Assembly (NCBI GenBank): GCA_030704615.1
Contig: JAKLZA010000129.1
Span: 1 to 11,000 of the forward strand
Source of the DNA: Takakia lepidozioides
Taxonomy: Eukaryota; Plantae; Bryophyta
Length of the DNA: 11,000 bases
Direction: 5' to 3'
The notes under the pieces were generated by a model. The model had not been told where the DNA came from. It searched no databases and saw only the letters and a program-made list of their open reading frames with translations. The position numbers and the translations under genes were made by a program. Positions 1 through 8,033 of the stretch are shown piece by piece (the stretch's first letter is position 1; each line of letters opens with the position of its first letter).

Positions 1-2910
1 GCGCCCGGTTTACAGAAGACTTGGTTTGTGAGTGGACTAAGACCAGAGTTGCAAAAGAAAGTGGATATGTTACCCCATAATACAGTGGAGGAGGCATTTG
101 AAACTGCGAACAGAATTGAGCAATTGGGAATGCTCAGGAGAGAGAAAAAAGAAGATGAGGACTCTGAGGATGAGTCAGATGAAGAAGAAGAGCAAGAACT
201 AAAAAGAAAGAGTAAGAGAAAGGAGAAGTTGAAGAGGGATAACTATGAAAAAAAATTGGAAGAAATCTTGAAGAAGTATGCCACAGAGGCTGCAACACAT
301 TGGAGGAAGGGTGTATGGTGTGCAAAGTGCCAGAATGAAGGCCATACCACCACAGAATGCCACATGAAGGAGAAACACTGTACTATCTGTAAAATGGATA
401 ACCATTCTACTGAGAATTGTTACTACAACAGAAGGACAGCTGCAAGAGAACCTAGGCAAGTAAGGGTGCATCAGGTGCAGCCCCAGCCAAGAAGAAACAA
501 TGATCAGGACCACTATGGTAGGTCTGGTGGTTATAACAATGGCATGGAAGGGAGAGGTAATTCAAGAGGGAATTACCAAGGAAATTCCAGAGGCAACTAT
601 CAGGGTAATCCAAGGGGGAATTACCAGCCCGGGAATCAGGATTATAGAAATAATCCAAGAACAGACCAAGGGCGAGGACCCAATGGTGAAGAGCTATGTT
701 ACTATTGTAATCAGCCAGGACATCGCAAGGCAGCCTGTTCATTCTGGATAAGACACCAGAATGAGATGAGAGCTCCTGTGAATGAGGGCCCAGTGGTGGC
801 AGCTCACATGGTTAGGCCATGTGTTGTACCAGAAGTAAGTACAATGATAGTAACAAGAAGTAAAGCCAAACTAATACCTCCAGTAGAAGAGGAAGAAGAT
901 GAGACTGGAAGTGGCAATGATATGCCTGAAGATGAAGAGACTTGGAAAGATGAGAAGGAACTGCACAAGGAAGTGGCAGATACTATAAGGGAAATGCAAA
1001 AGAGTACTGATATTCCTGTGGCAGATTCCTCTGATTCGGATGGAGAAAAAGAAGGGAGTGAGGAAGAAAGGAAAAAAGAAGATGCAGACATGCAAAGTAA
1101 TGAAGAGACTTTGGCTGAAGTAATATGTCAGACCAAAGCAGAAATTACCATTGGACAGCTATTAGCTGTGGCACCTTATTGTAGGCACAGGCTGTATCAG
1201 GCAATCAATCGAATTGCCCAAGAGACAGGAAACACAGACCTGAACAGCAAGGTGACCAGTTATAATGTGAAGCCGGAAGGGCGAGAACCAGTCATGGACT
1301 TTGATGATTCTATGCCAGTAATCCAATTGAGAATTGGAAGCACAGAACTAACTGATGTACTGATAGATGGTGGTTCTGGAGTAAATATCATGACAGACCA
1401 ATTAAGGAAGAAGCTTGGTCTAAGTAACATGAAACCAGCCCCATTTACAGTAACAATGGCAGATCAAAGAAGTGTACAGCCATTGGGATTAATAAGAGGA
1501 GTTAAGATACAGATACAGAAAATGATCTTTATGATCACAGTAACTGTATTAAAAATGGATGAAGTCATGGAGGCTTACTCCTTATTATTGGGACGTCCGT
1601 GGCTGAAACAGGCCAGGGTATTCCATGACTGGAATTCTCAGTTACTAACCGTGCATAATGGGATACACGAGATACAAATTACCACAAAGAAATCTAGTAG
1701 ATTACCTGCTACAAGAAGACCTCGAGGAGTCAGAGAGTATGACTGGAGAGGAGGACTGGATGAGGAGCAGGAAGCTACCCTATTTGCTGCACACCCAGAG
1801 TGGGAGCAGGTTGCAGAGATGCGGCTGGAAAGCCTAAGTTGTTTGAGAGGTATCTGCTGTGGTGTAGTGACAGCAACACCAACTGAAGAGGAAACCAGCA
1901 TTTACCCATCACATTTCTATGAAGAAAGAGAAGGAGAAATAGAAATCCTAGAAGAACCAGCCACTGTGAGCTTACAGGATGAAGTGGTGACTGGTTGGAC
2001 AATCACAGCTGATGAGCAGGTGAGAGAAGTAAATGTGGGAACTCAGGAGGAACCGAGGATGGTGAAAGTAGGAGCTGATTTGGAGCCGGAATTCTTCGAA
2101 GAAGCTAAAAGCTTGTTCATCAAATACAGAGATGTATTTGCTTGGAGCTATGAGGATCTAAAAGGGATACCACCTGAAGTCTGTCAGCATAAGATTGAAC
2201 TGGAACCAGGGTCAGTACCAATCAAGCAGGCGAGGTATAGAATGAATCCCAACTACGCACAGAAGGTTGGAGAAGAGATAAAGAAGTTGGCTGAGGCTAA
2301 GTTTATATACCCAATAGAGTATACAACTTGGTTGTCACCCATTGTTATAGTTCCCAAGAAGAATGGCAAACTAAGAGTATGTGTGAACTATAAGAAGCTG
2401 AATGCTTGTACGAAGAAAGATCCTTTCCCTTTGCCATTCACAGAAGCAGTATTAGACACTGTGGCAGGCCATGAGATGTACTCATTCATGGATGGCTTCA
2501 GTGGTTATAATCAAGTGCAAGTGGCAGAAGAAGACCAAGGGAAAACAGCTTTCATCACAGACTGGGGGGCTTATGCATACAAAGTCATGCCCTTTGGACT
2601 TTGTAATGCACCAGCGACCTTTCAGAGAGTGATAAGTGAATCTTTTCATGAGTATCTGGATGATTTCATGCAGGTATTCTTGGATGATTTCAGTGTGTAC
2701 AGCTCTAAGAATGAGCACTTGCATAAATTGGAGTTATGTTTGGCCAGATGCAGGATGAGAGGTCTGGGCCTGAATCCAGAGAAGTGTACTTTCTGTGTGA
2801 ACTCAGGGGTGCTTCTGGGACACATTGTGTGTAAGAAGGGACTCCTTGTGGATCCCAGGAAGACAGAGTCCATTAAAGCCTCTCCACCACCAGTGAATGT
2901 TAAAGTCTAA
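1..2910 (+). CDS. gag-pol: Gag-Pol polyprotein, N-terminal part (end of capsid, 3 zinc knuckles, protease, RT); 5'-partial and ended by a frameshift
   Basis: Frame is open from base 1 (APGLQKTWFVSGLRPELQKKV...VEEAFETANRIE, typical F-x-x-G-L capsid C-terminus), so GTG at 28 is not the true start. Gag and pol are in one frame with no stop between them. Confidence 0.93.
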   Translation, partial: APGLQKTWFVSGLRPELQKKVDMLPHNTVEEAFETANRIEQLGMLRREKKEDEDSEDESDEEEEQELKRKSKRKEKLKRDNYEKKLEEILKKYATEAATHWRKGVWCAKCQNEGHTTTECHMKEKHCTICKMDNHSTENCYYNRRTAAREPRQVRVHQVQPQPRRNNDQDHYGRSGGYNNGMEGRGNSRGNYQGNSRGNYQGNPRGNYQPGNQDYRNNPRTDQGRGPNGEELCYYCNQPGHRKAACSFWIRHQNEMRAPVNEGPVVAAHMVRPCVVPEVSTMIVTRSKAKLIPPVEEEEDETGSGNDMPEDEETWKDEKELHKEVADTIREMQKSTDIPVADSSDSDGEKEGSEEERKKEDADMQSNEETLAEVICQTKAEITIGQLLAVAPYCRHRLYQAINRIAQETGNTDLNSKVTSYNVKPEGREPVMDFDDSMPVIQLRIGSTELTDVLIDGGSGVNIMTDQLRKKLGLSNMKPAPFTVTMADQRSVQPLGLIRGVKIQIQKMIFMITVTVLKMDEVMEAYSLLLGRPWLKQARVFHDWNSQLLTVHNGIHEIQITTKKSSRLPATRRPRGVREYDWRGGLDEEQEATLFAAHPEWEQVAEMRLESLSCLRGICCGVVTATPTEEETSIYPSHFYEEREGEIEILEEPATVSLQDEVVTGWTITADEQVREVNVGTQEEPRMVKVGADLEPEFFEEAKSLFIKYRDVFAWSYEDLKGIPPEVCQHKIELEPGSVPIKQARYRMNPNYAQKVGEEIKKLAEAKFIYPIEYTTWLSPIVIVPKKNGKLRVCVNYKKLNACTKKDPFPLPFTEAVLDTVAGHEMYSFMDGFSGYNQVQVAEEDQGKTAFITDWGAYAYKVMPFGLCNAPATFQRVISESFHEYLDDFMQVFLDDFSVYSSKNEHLHKLELCLARCRMRGLGLNPEKCTFCVNSGVLLGHIVCKKGLLVDPRKTESIKASPPPVNVKV
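319..738 (+). other. Nucleocapsid with three CX2CX4HX4C zinc knuckles
   Basis: CAKCQNEGHTTTEC (319-360), CTICKMDNHSTENC (379-420), CYYCNQPGHRKAAC (697-738). Confidence 0.95.
556..627 (+). repeat. 3 x 24-bp coding repeat (GNSRGNYQ, GNSRGNYQ, GNPRGNYQ)
   Basis: ggtaattcaagagggaattaccaa / ggaaattccagaggcaactatcag / ggtaatccaagggggaattaccag; differences are almost all synonymous. Confidence 0.9.
1315..1680 (+). other. Retropepsin-type aspartic protease domain (boundaries approximate)
   Basis: VLIDGGSGVNIM active site (D at 1366), TMADQR flap, and LLLGRPWL motif. Confidence 0.92.
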
Positions 2911-3090
2911 GGAGATTCCTTGGGCAAACCAGTTATTACAGAAGATTTGTCAAAAGGTATGCACAAATAGCAGCACCATTGAGCAAGCTTCTGAAGAAAG
3001 ATGCAGTGTTTGCCTGGACAGCTGAATGTCAACAGGCGTTTGAGGAACTTACACTGTCAGTAACAACTACACCTGTGCTGATTAACCCTC
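2030..3090 (+). other. Reverse transcriptase domain plus thumb/connection (crosses the frameshift; boundaries approximate)
   Basis: WLSPIVIVPKKNGKLRVCV, YSFMDGFSGYNQV, MPFGLCNAPATFQR, FLDD (2677-2688), LLGHIV; continues in the -1 frame as LRRFLGQTSYYRRFV. Confidence 0.96.
2902..2910 (+). pseudogene. 1-nt deletion frameshift in pol (inactivating mutation or assembly error)
   Basis: aaa gtc taa. Adding one base gives K-(S/G)-L-R-R-F-L-G, the conserved thumb motif. The downstream frame only opens at 2904 (TAA at 2901), which confines the lesion to about 2902-2907. Confidence 0.88.
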
Positions 3091-6000
3091 ACTGGCATGT
3101 AGTATTTCATGTTCACTGCGATGCATCAGGAGAAGCGTTGGGAGCGGTGTTAGCCCAGAATGTTACAGGGAATATAGATTCACCTGTGTACTATGCTAGC
3201 CGGTTGATGAACAGTGCTGAGAGGAACTATAGCACAACGGAAAGAGAAGCATTGGCAATGATTTATGCAGTCAAGAAATTCAGGCATTACCTATTGGGAA
3301 GAAAGTTTATGTTTTATGTGGATCACCAGGCTCTGATATATCTGGTGAACAAACCTTTGATAAGTGGAAGGATAGCGAGGTGGTTAATAATCTTGCATGA
3401 GTTTGAGTTCGAGGTTATTTACAAGCCTGGCCGTTTGCATCTTGTGGCAGATCATTTGTCACGACTAACAACAGGAGAGGCCGCCACAGGAGTGGACGAT
3501 CAGTTACCTGATGCGAGTTTATTTGTAATGGAGGTGCAAGGAAGTGCAGATGAATGGTTAGATTGGCAGTGGCCAATCAGATACTACCTTGCTCATGGTC
3601 AGTGCCCACCTAGTTATGGTAAGGAGCAGAGGAAGAGAATTGCTATCAAAGCTTTACCTTATACTATGGTAGGAAGCAGAATGTATAAGTTAGGACCTGA
3701 TGGAGTACTAAAACGATGCTTGTACCACCATGAAGTAAATAAAGTCTTGGAGGAAGTTCATAAAGGAGTGGCTGGAGGTCATTTTGGAGAAGAGACTACC
3801 AGTAGAAAGATACTACTCGCAGGATACTGGTGGCCTACTTTGTTCAAAGATGTACACGAGTATTGTCAGAAGTGTGATGAATGTCAGAGGCTAGGACCTT
3901 TGCAGAGATCTGGAAGGATGGCCTTGCATCCTACAATGCCTACGGAACCATTTCAGAAATGGGGACTAGACTTTGTTGGACCAATTAATCCACCATCCAA
4001 GAATACACGAAACAGGTACATAATTACAGCCACTGATTATACTACAAAGTGGGTGGAAGCTAAAGCTTTGAGGGACAACACAGCCAAGTCCACAGCAAGG
4101 TTCCTGTACGAGAACATACTTACACGATTTGGCTGTCCCTTAGAATTTATCAGTGATCAAGGAAGTCACTTCATGAATGAGACCATTGAGTTGTTGACTA
4201 AAGAGTTTATGATTGTGCATAGAAAGAGTACAACATATTACCCACAGGGTAATGGGCAGGCAGAGGCTACCAACAAAATACTATGTACTATCTTGGCTAA
4301 GATAGTCAATGCAAACAGAACGGATTGGGATACAAAGCTGCTGACAGCTTTGTGGTCATACAGGACTTCATATAAAGTCACCACTAAGTATACACCATTC
4401 CAATTAGTTTATGGTATGGAAGCCTTACTTCCAGTGGAATTCCTGTTACCTACCATGAGAACGGAGTGGGGAAAAAGAATGGAATTGCAAGACTCCATCA
4501 AGGTCAGGAAACATGAATTATACCATGTGGAAGAAGTACGTGCTGATGCAGCTGATAATATGACCAGAATTCAGATGAAGCGAAAGGAACAGTTTGATGA
4601 AGGCAAGTTAAAGACTTTTAAGACGGGGGATTTGGTTCTATGGTTGCAGAAGAAAGGAAAGATTCAAGCTTCTAAGCTTAAATCACCATGGAAAGGACCT
4701 TATGTCATACAAAAGATGTATGATAACAACACCGCCATGTTACAAACCATTAACAAAGAAATGCTGGGAAGAGTCAATGCAAATAAGTTGAAGGGGTACA
4801 GTGGTATCCATGACAAACCCCTGCAGCATGATTTGCATGTTGAACCGCAAGAGCAGTCACGGGCTGCACCAGTGTTACGAACGGAGTATGGAACACTTGT
4901 CGCTAGGCCCAGCATATATGACCAGGGTGGGCAAAACAAACGTGACACAGCCTATCACAGCCCATCACGACGTGACACAGCCTATCACAGCCCATCACGA
5001 CGTGACACAGCCTATCACAGCCCAGCAAGGCGCAACACAGCCTATCACAGCCCAGCACGGCGCAACACAGCCTATCACAACCTACCACAGCGTGTCACAG
5101 CCTATCACAGCTTACCACAGTGCATCACAGCCTATCACAGCGTAACACAGTATGACACAGCCTGTCACAGCTCAACACAGCCTACTAAAGTTACACCATC
5201 CATAGAATCAGTGACAAGTGGACACATAATAACTTCAGGAAAATGGATGACGGAAGAGGAAACGGAAATTACTTTAAAAATAGACACGTGGAGGTCAGGG
5301 CGCGACACACAGCAGAGAATGAAGTGCAAGGACAGGTGTCAAAAAGAAAGAAGACAAGAACGGCCGTCAAAAGGGATGAAAGGCGGGCCCATTAATGAGT
5401 ACGGAAAAAGGGAAACGGAACGAACGGCAAGTACAGAAAAGCCGAATTCTTGTCACATGTGTGATCCTAGTGGACTATCCAACAGGGAAAGTCCACTAAA
5501 GAAGATAAAATTTAAAATCCAGTCACAGCGGATACAGCCAATAGAAAACCAGAGAAAGGATCAAGAAAATGGAGGGAAATTGAGCGCAAGAGGCGGCGTC
5601 GTTCTGAGTAACGGGCGTCTCGACAGGACAGGCCATAAATGCTATAACTTGGAAACTATGGAGGAACTAACAGACTATACGCTCGCAATATTACTTACGC
5701 AGTGGCATAGACACGAAAGGACAGAGCAGAGCTTTTCTCTTGAGCAATGCTTGCAAGCCCCGCAGGCTTACAAGAAATTACCCATAGCTTTCTGCGGCAA
5801 CCATACGTTTATGCTTTGTGCACTACAGGCATTCCTGCAGTTGTTACAGCCAAAGCAGTTCTGTGAGTCTAAAATGAAGAGAGTGAGAGGAATGGAGGAA
5901 ATCAGGGTGAAGAGCACCACAATTCTGCAGAAACAAACGATGGCTACCCCACAGGCGATAAAGATACTGGAGGAGCTGAGATTGGAAGGATTGCAAAGCC

Positions 6001-8033
6001 TAGATTGGACACTACACCATAGACAGTACATGTTACAATTTTTGCAGAACTTTGAGCCAAGGACAGGAACAACAACGGTGAAGGGAGTTGAATTAATGAT
6101 TACTCCCCTATACCTCCAGCAATTGTTTCGATTGCCAGCAGGTCAGGTGCATGTGGAGGAACACAGGGCAAGACTGCAAATAGGGGACTTATTCCAAGAA
6201 GGGAGTTTCTTTAAAACTCAGGGTTATGCTTGTACCAAAGCTGTGTACCCAGGGTTAAAAGAGATAGGCCAGGTATTGAACGTTCTGATTGCCCTGAAAC
6301 AGAACCAACAATATTTGAGCAGATCCTTCACAGAGGAAATACTCAAAGGCCTGAAGGGACAAGAGGTACAATGGGCGGACATAATGTACAACGCACTAGT
6401 AGAGGAGATGAAAAGATTACAAGGTACTACCGCAAAGTCTCCTATCATAGTGTCTGGCCCAATCATTGCTCAAATAATCCTTAATTCTGGCATACTTAAT
6501 GCACAAGAAAGGAAGGAAATGGGAGTGTTTGAGCCAGAAACAACTGCAATGGAAGAGCAAGGCTCTTCACACAGTGAGGGTGGACTAGCAGCACAACCCG
6601 AGACTAAGAGGCAGAGAAGGGGAAAGACTGTAGTGGCGGATCCACTGGCTTCACGGATTCCGCATGATAATGTTTCCCAAGCTCATGGCCAGGAAGGGGC
6701 ACAGCAGCACAGACAAATGCTATTACTGGAAGCAGGACCTTCAGAGAGGGAGGAGGAAGTTACTTCTGCATCACAACCATCACAGCCACTTGAACGACTT
6801 GTCACAAGGTCACAAGTTATCCATGCAGCTCAACCCGAAATAATTGATTTGGAAAGTGAAGGGATAGATATTCCAACTACAGAACAGATAGTGGCAGAAA
6901 TAGAGAAAGGGGACCTTCTCTATGAATATTCTGGTCTGGTCAAGGAGACAGAAATCCCAGAGGTGCAACAGTTGCCCAAGGGAAATCCTGAGGTGCATAT
7001 AATACACACACCTGTGTCGGAGGTACCACAGGCGGAAGGTCATGACACTGTAGCACCGGTGATAGATGAAGTAGTTCAGGAAGAAAATCCGGTGGGACAA
7101 TGGCCTGAATGGTTAGTGAGACATCATACTGTTGAAGATCAGGAGGAACAGCAGCAACCTCACCATGATGACCCTCAACAGGCAATGCTGATGAGTTCCA
7201 TAGGCAGGACACTTAATTTGTTGGGGACTTATGTCAAATCCCATGTTCCAATTACCCAATTGACAGCCTTGAAAGAGGAACTCAGGAAGGAGTTTGAGGC
7301 TCGACTTGCCACTGAGTGTGCAAACAAGGTCGATGAAGAGGTCACTCTCAAGATGAAGCAGGACTTGGGCAATACAGAAATGGCTTTGCAATTGGCCAAG
7401 CAACAATTGATTGAGGCAGGCCTCGCGCAAGACCAGTTGCACGAAGCACATAAGCAACAGCTATACCAAATGCAGGTGCAGCATGAAAGCAAGTTGCAAG
7501 AACTGAATGCACTACATACGGAGTTGCAGACAGTGCATAACAGGATGGCGATACAATGTGCTACATTTACAACTATGCTTGACCAATCAACAAAAGAAAT
7601 AAACAGTCAAGCGGAAAAATGTACGAAGGCAGAAGAAGAGAATGTTGAGCAAATGAAGCTCATTGTCGATATGAAGAATACAATCTGTCGCAATGAAGAT
7701 ACTTTCAAGCAATACAGGCAGATGGAAGCTGATCAAGAGAAACACATCGTGGAGTTGCAACAAACCATCGTGGCCAATAGAAATGAAATCGCGGTCAGTA
7801 ACAAGGCTTGGAAGGAAGCCAATAATCTACTTGCTGCTTATGCGCAATTGGTTGAGCCACAGGCGAAGCGCATGGAGGCTTTACAACAGCAGTTGGAATT
7901 GTACAAGCTAAGAGAGGAGCAAACTCTCAGGGGAACCACAAGCAGCTTGGTGGATAACAGCCTTATGCAGGTCTGGTTAGCACAAGGGCCAGTAGAGGGC
8001 AAAGCCCACGGAAGCTCACCCAAAGCGAGATGA
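2904..8033 (+). CDS. pol: Pol C-terminal part (RT thumb, RNase H, integrase) continuing without a stop into a repeat, linker, env-like domain and coiled coil
   Basis: ORF track 2979-8033 (1684 aa), extendable upstream to 2904. RH and INT motifs occupy only up to ~4799. Confidence 0.88.
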   Translation, partial: SLRRFLGQTSYYRRFVKRYAQIAAPLSKLLKKDAVFAWTAECQQAFEELTLSVTTTPVLINPHWHVVFHVHCDASGEALGAVLAQNVTGNIDSPVYYASRLMNSAERNYSTTEREALAMIYAVKKFRHYLLGRKFMFYVDHQALIYLVNKPLISGRIARWLIILHEFEFEVIYKPGRLHLVADHLSRLTTGEAATGVDDQLPDASLFVMEVQGSADEWLDWQWPIRYYLAHGQCPPSYGKEQRKRIAIKALPYTMVGSRMYKLGPDGVLKRCLYHHEVNKVLEEVHKGVAGGHFGEETTSRKILLAGYWWPTLFKDVHEYCQKCDECQRLGPLQRSGRMALHPTMPTEPFQKWGLDFVGPINPPSKNTRNRYIITATDYTTKWVEAKALRDNTAKSTARFLYENILTRFGCPLEFISDQGSHFMNETIELLTKEFMIVHRKSTTYYPQGNGQAEATNKILCTILAKIVNANRTDWDTKLLTALWSYRTSYKVTTKYTPFQLVYGMEALLPVEFLLPTMRTEWGKRMELQDSIKVRKHELYHVEEVRADAADNMTRIQMKRKEQFDEGKLKTFKTGDLVLWLQKKGKIQASKLKSPWKGPYVIQKMYDNNTAMLQTINKEMLGRVNANKLKGYSGIHDKPLQHDLHVEPQEQSRAAPVLRTEYGTLVARPSIYDQGGQNKRDTAYHSPSRRDTAYHSPSRRDTAYHSPARRNTAYHSPARRNTAYHNLPQRVTAYHSLPQCITAYHSVTQYDTACHSSTQPTKVTPSIESVTSGHIITSGKWMTEEETEITLKIDTWRSGRDTQQRMKCKDRCQKERRQERPSKGMKGGPINEYGKRETERTASTEKPNSCHMCDPSGLSNRESPLKKIKFKIQSQRIQPIENQRKDQENGGKLSARGGVVLSNGRLDRTGHKCYNLETMEELTDYTLAILLTQWHRHERTEQSFSLEQCLQAPQAYKKLPIAFCGNHTFMLCALQAFLQLLQPKQFCESKMKRVRGMEEIRVKSTTILQKQTMATPQAIKILEELRLEGLQSLDWTLHHRQYMLQFLQNFEPRTGTTTVKGVELMITPLYLQQLFRLPAGQVHVEEHRARLQIGDLFQEGSFFKTQGYACTKAVYPGLKEIGQVLNVLIALKQNQQYLSRSFTEEILKGLKGQEVQWADIMYNALVEEMKRLQGTTAKSPIIVSGPIIAQIILNSGILNAQERKEMGVFEPETTAMEEQGSSHSEGGLAAQPETKRQRRGKTVVADPLASRIPHDNVSQAHGQEGAQQHRQMLLLEAGPSEREEEVTSASQPSQPLERLVTRSQVIHAAQPEIIDLESEGIDIPTTEQIVAEIEKGDLLYEYSGLVKETEIPEVQQLPKGNPEVHIIHTPVSEVPQAEGHDTVAPVIDEVVQEENPVGQWPEWLVRHHTVEDQEEQQQPHHDDPQQAMLMSSIGRTLNLLGTYVKSHVPITQLTALKEELRKEFEARLATECANKVDEEVTLKMKQDLGNTEMALQLAKQQLIEAGLAQDQLHEAHKQQLYQMQVQHESKLQELNALHTELQTVHNRMAIQCATFTTMLDQSTKEINSQAEKCTKAEEENVEQMKLIVDMKNTICRNEDTFKQYRQMEADQEKHIVELQQTIVANRNEIAVSNKAWKEANNLLAAYAQLVEPQAKRMEALQQQLELYKLREEQTLRGTTSSLVDNSLMQVWLAQGPVEGKAHGSSPKAR
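3100..3470 (+). other. RNase H (Ty3-type)
   Basis: HCDASGEALGAVL (D 3120), YYASR, NYSTTEREALA, YVDHQAL, VADHLSR; the acidic catalytic residues are present. Confidence 0.95.
3750..4799 (+). other. Integrase (HHCC, DD35E core, GPY/F motif)
   Basis: H3759...GGHFG...CDEC3884; WGLDF D3969, SDQG D4155, QAE E4263 (35 residues between D and E); WKGPY at 4689-4703; VNANKLKGY ending 4799. Confidence 0.96.
4941..5180 (+). repeat. Tandem array of 24 decamers (mostly ending CACAG) arranged as 8 x 30-bp higher-order units; encodes RDTAYHSPSR-like repeats
   Basis: cgtgacacag-cctatcacag-cccatcacga repeated with exact 10-bp register from 4941 to 5180, diverging toward the 3' end. Confidence 0.97.
5250..5700 (+). 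promoter_or_regulatory. Candidate internal promoter for the accessory gene
   Basis: Local CpG enrichment (about two dozen by hand count, versus about 5 in 61-1200), G-box/ABRE gaCACGTGg 5285-5290, site-II-like GGGCCCA 5385-5391, TATA-like cataaat 5634-5640 and tataa 5643-5647. Short motifs; function is inferred. Confidence 0.45.
5863..5930 (+). other. Candidate intron 1 (68 nt) just upstream of ATG 5940
   Basis: GTGAGT donor at 5863 and aattctgcAG acceptor at 5930, followed by aaacaaacgATGGCT. Confidence 0.5.

Noticed and set aside
2895-2915. Programmed -1 ribosomal frameshift
   Set aside because: No in-phase X XXY YYZ heptamer, only a 7-nt frame overlap, and it falls inside the RT thumb rather than at the gag/pol boundary.
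4800-5100. Chromodomain or extra archaeal RNase H after integrase
   Set aside because: No YLVKW-type or FDG-type motifs seen in the extension.
4941-5180. CRISPR-like array
   Set aside because: Contiguous tandem units with no unique spacers, no cas genes, and a eukaryotic retroelement context.
8030-8033. ATGA stop-start coupled reinitiation
   Set aside because: Not excluded, but ranked lower: the overlap lies inside a frame-restoring candidate intron whose removal gives a continuous coiled coil.
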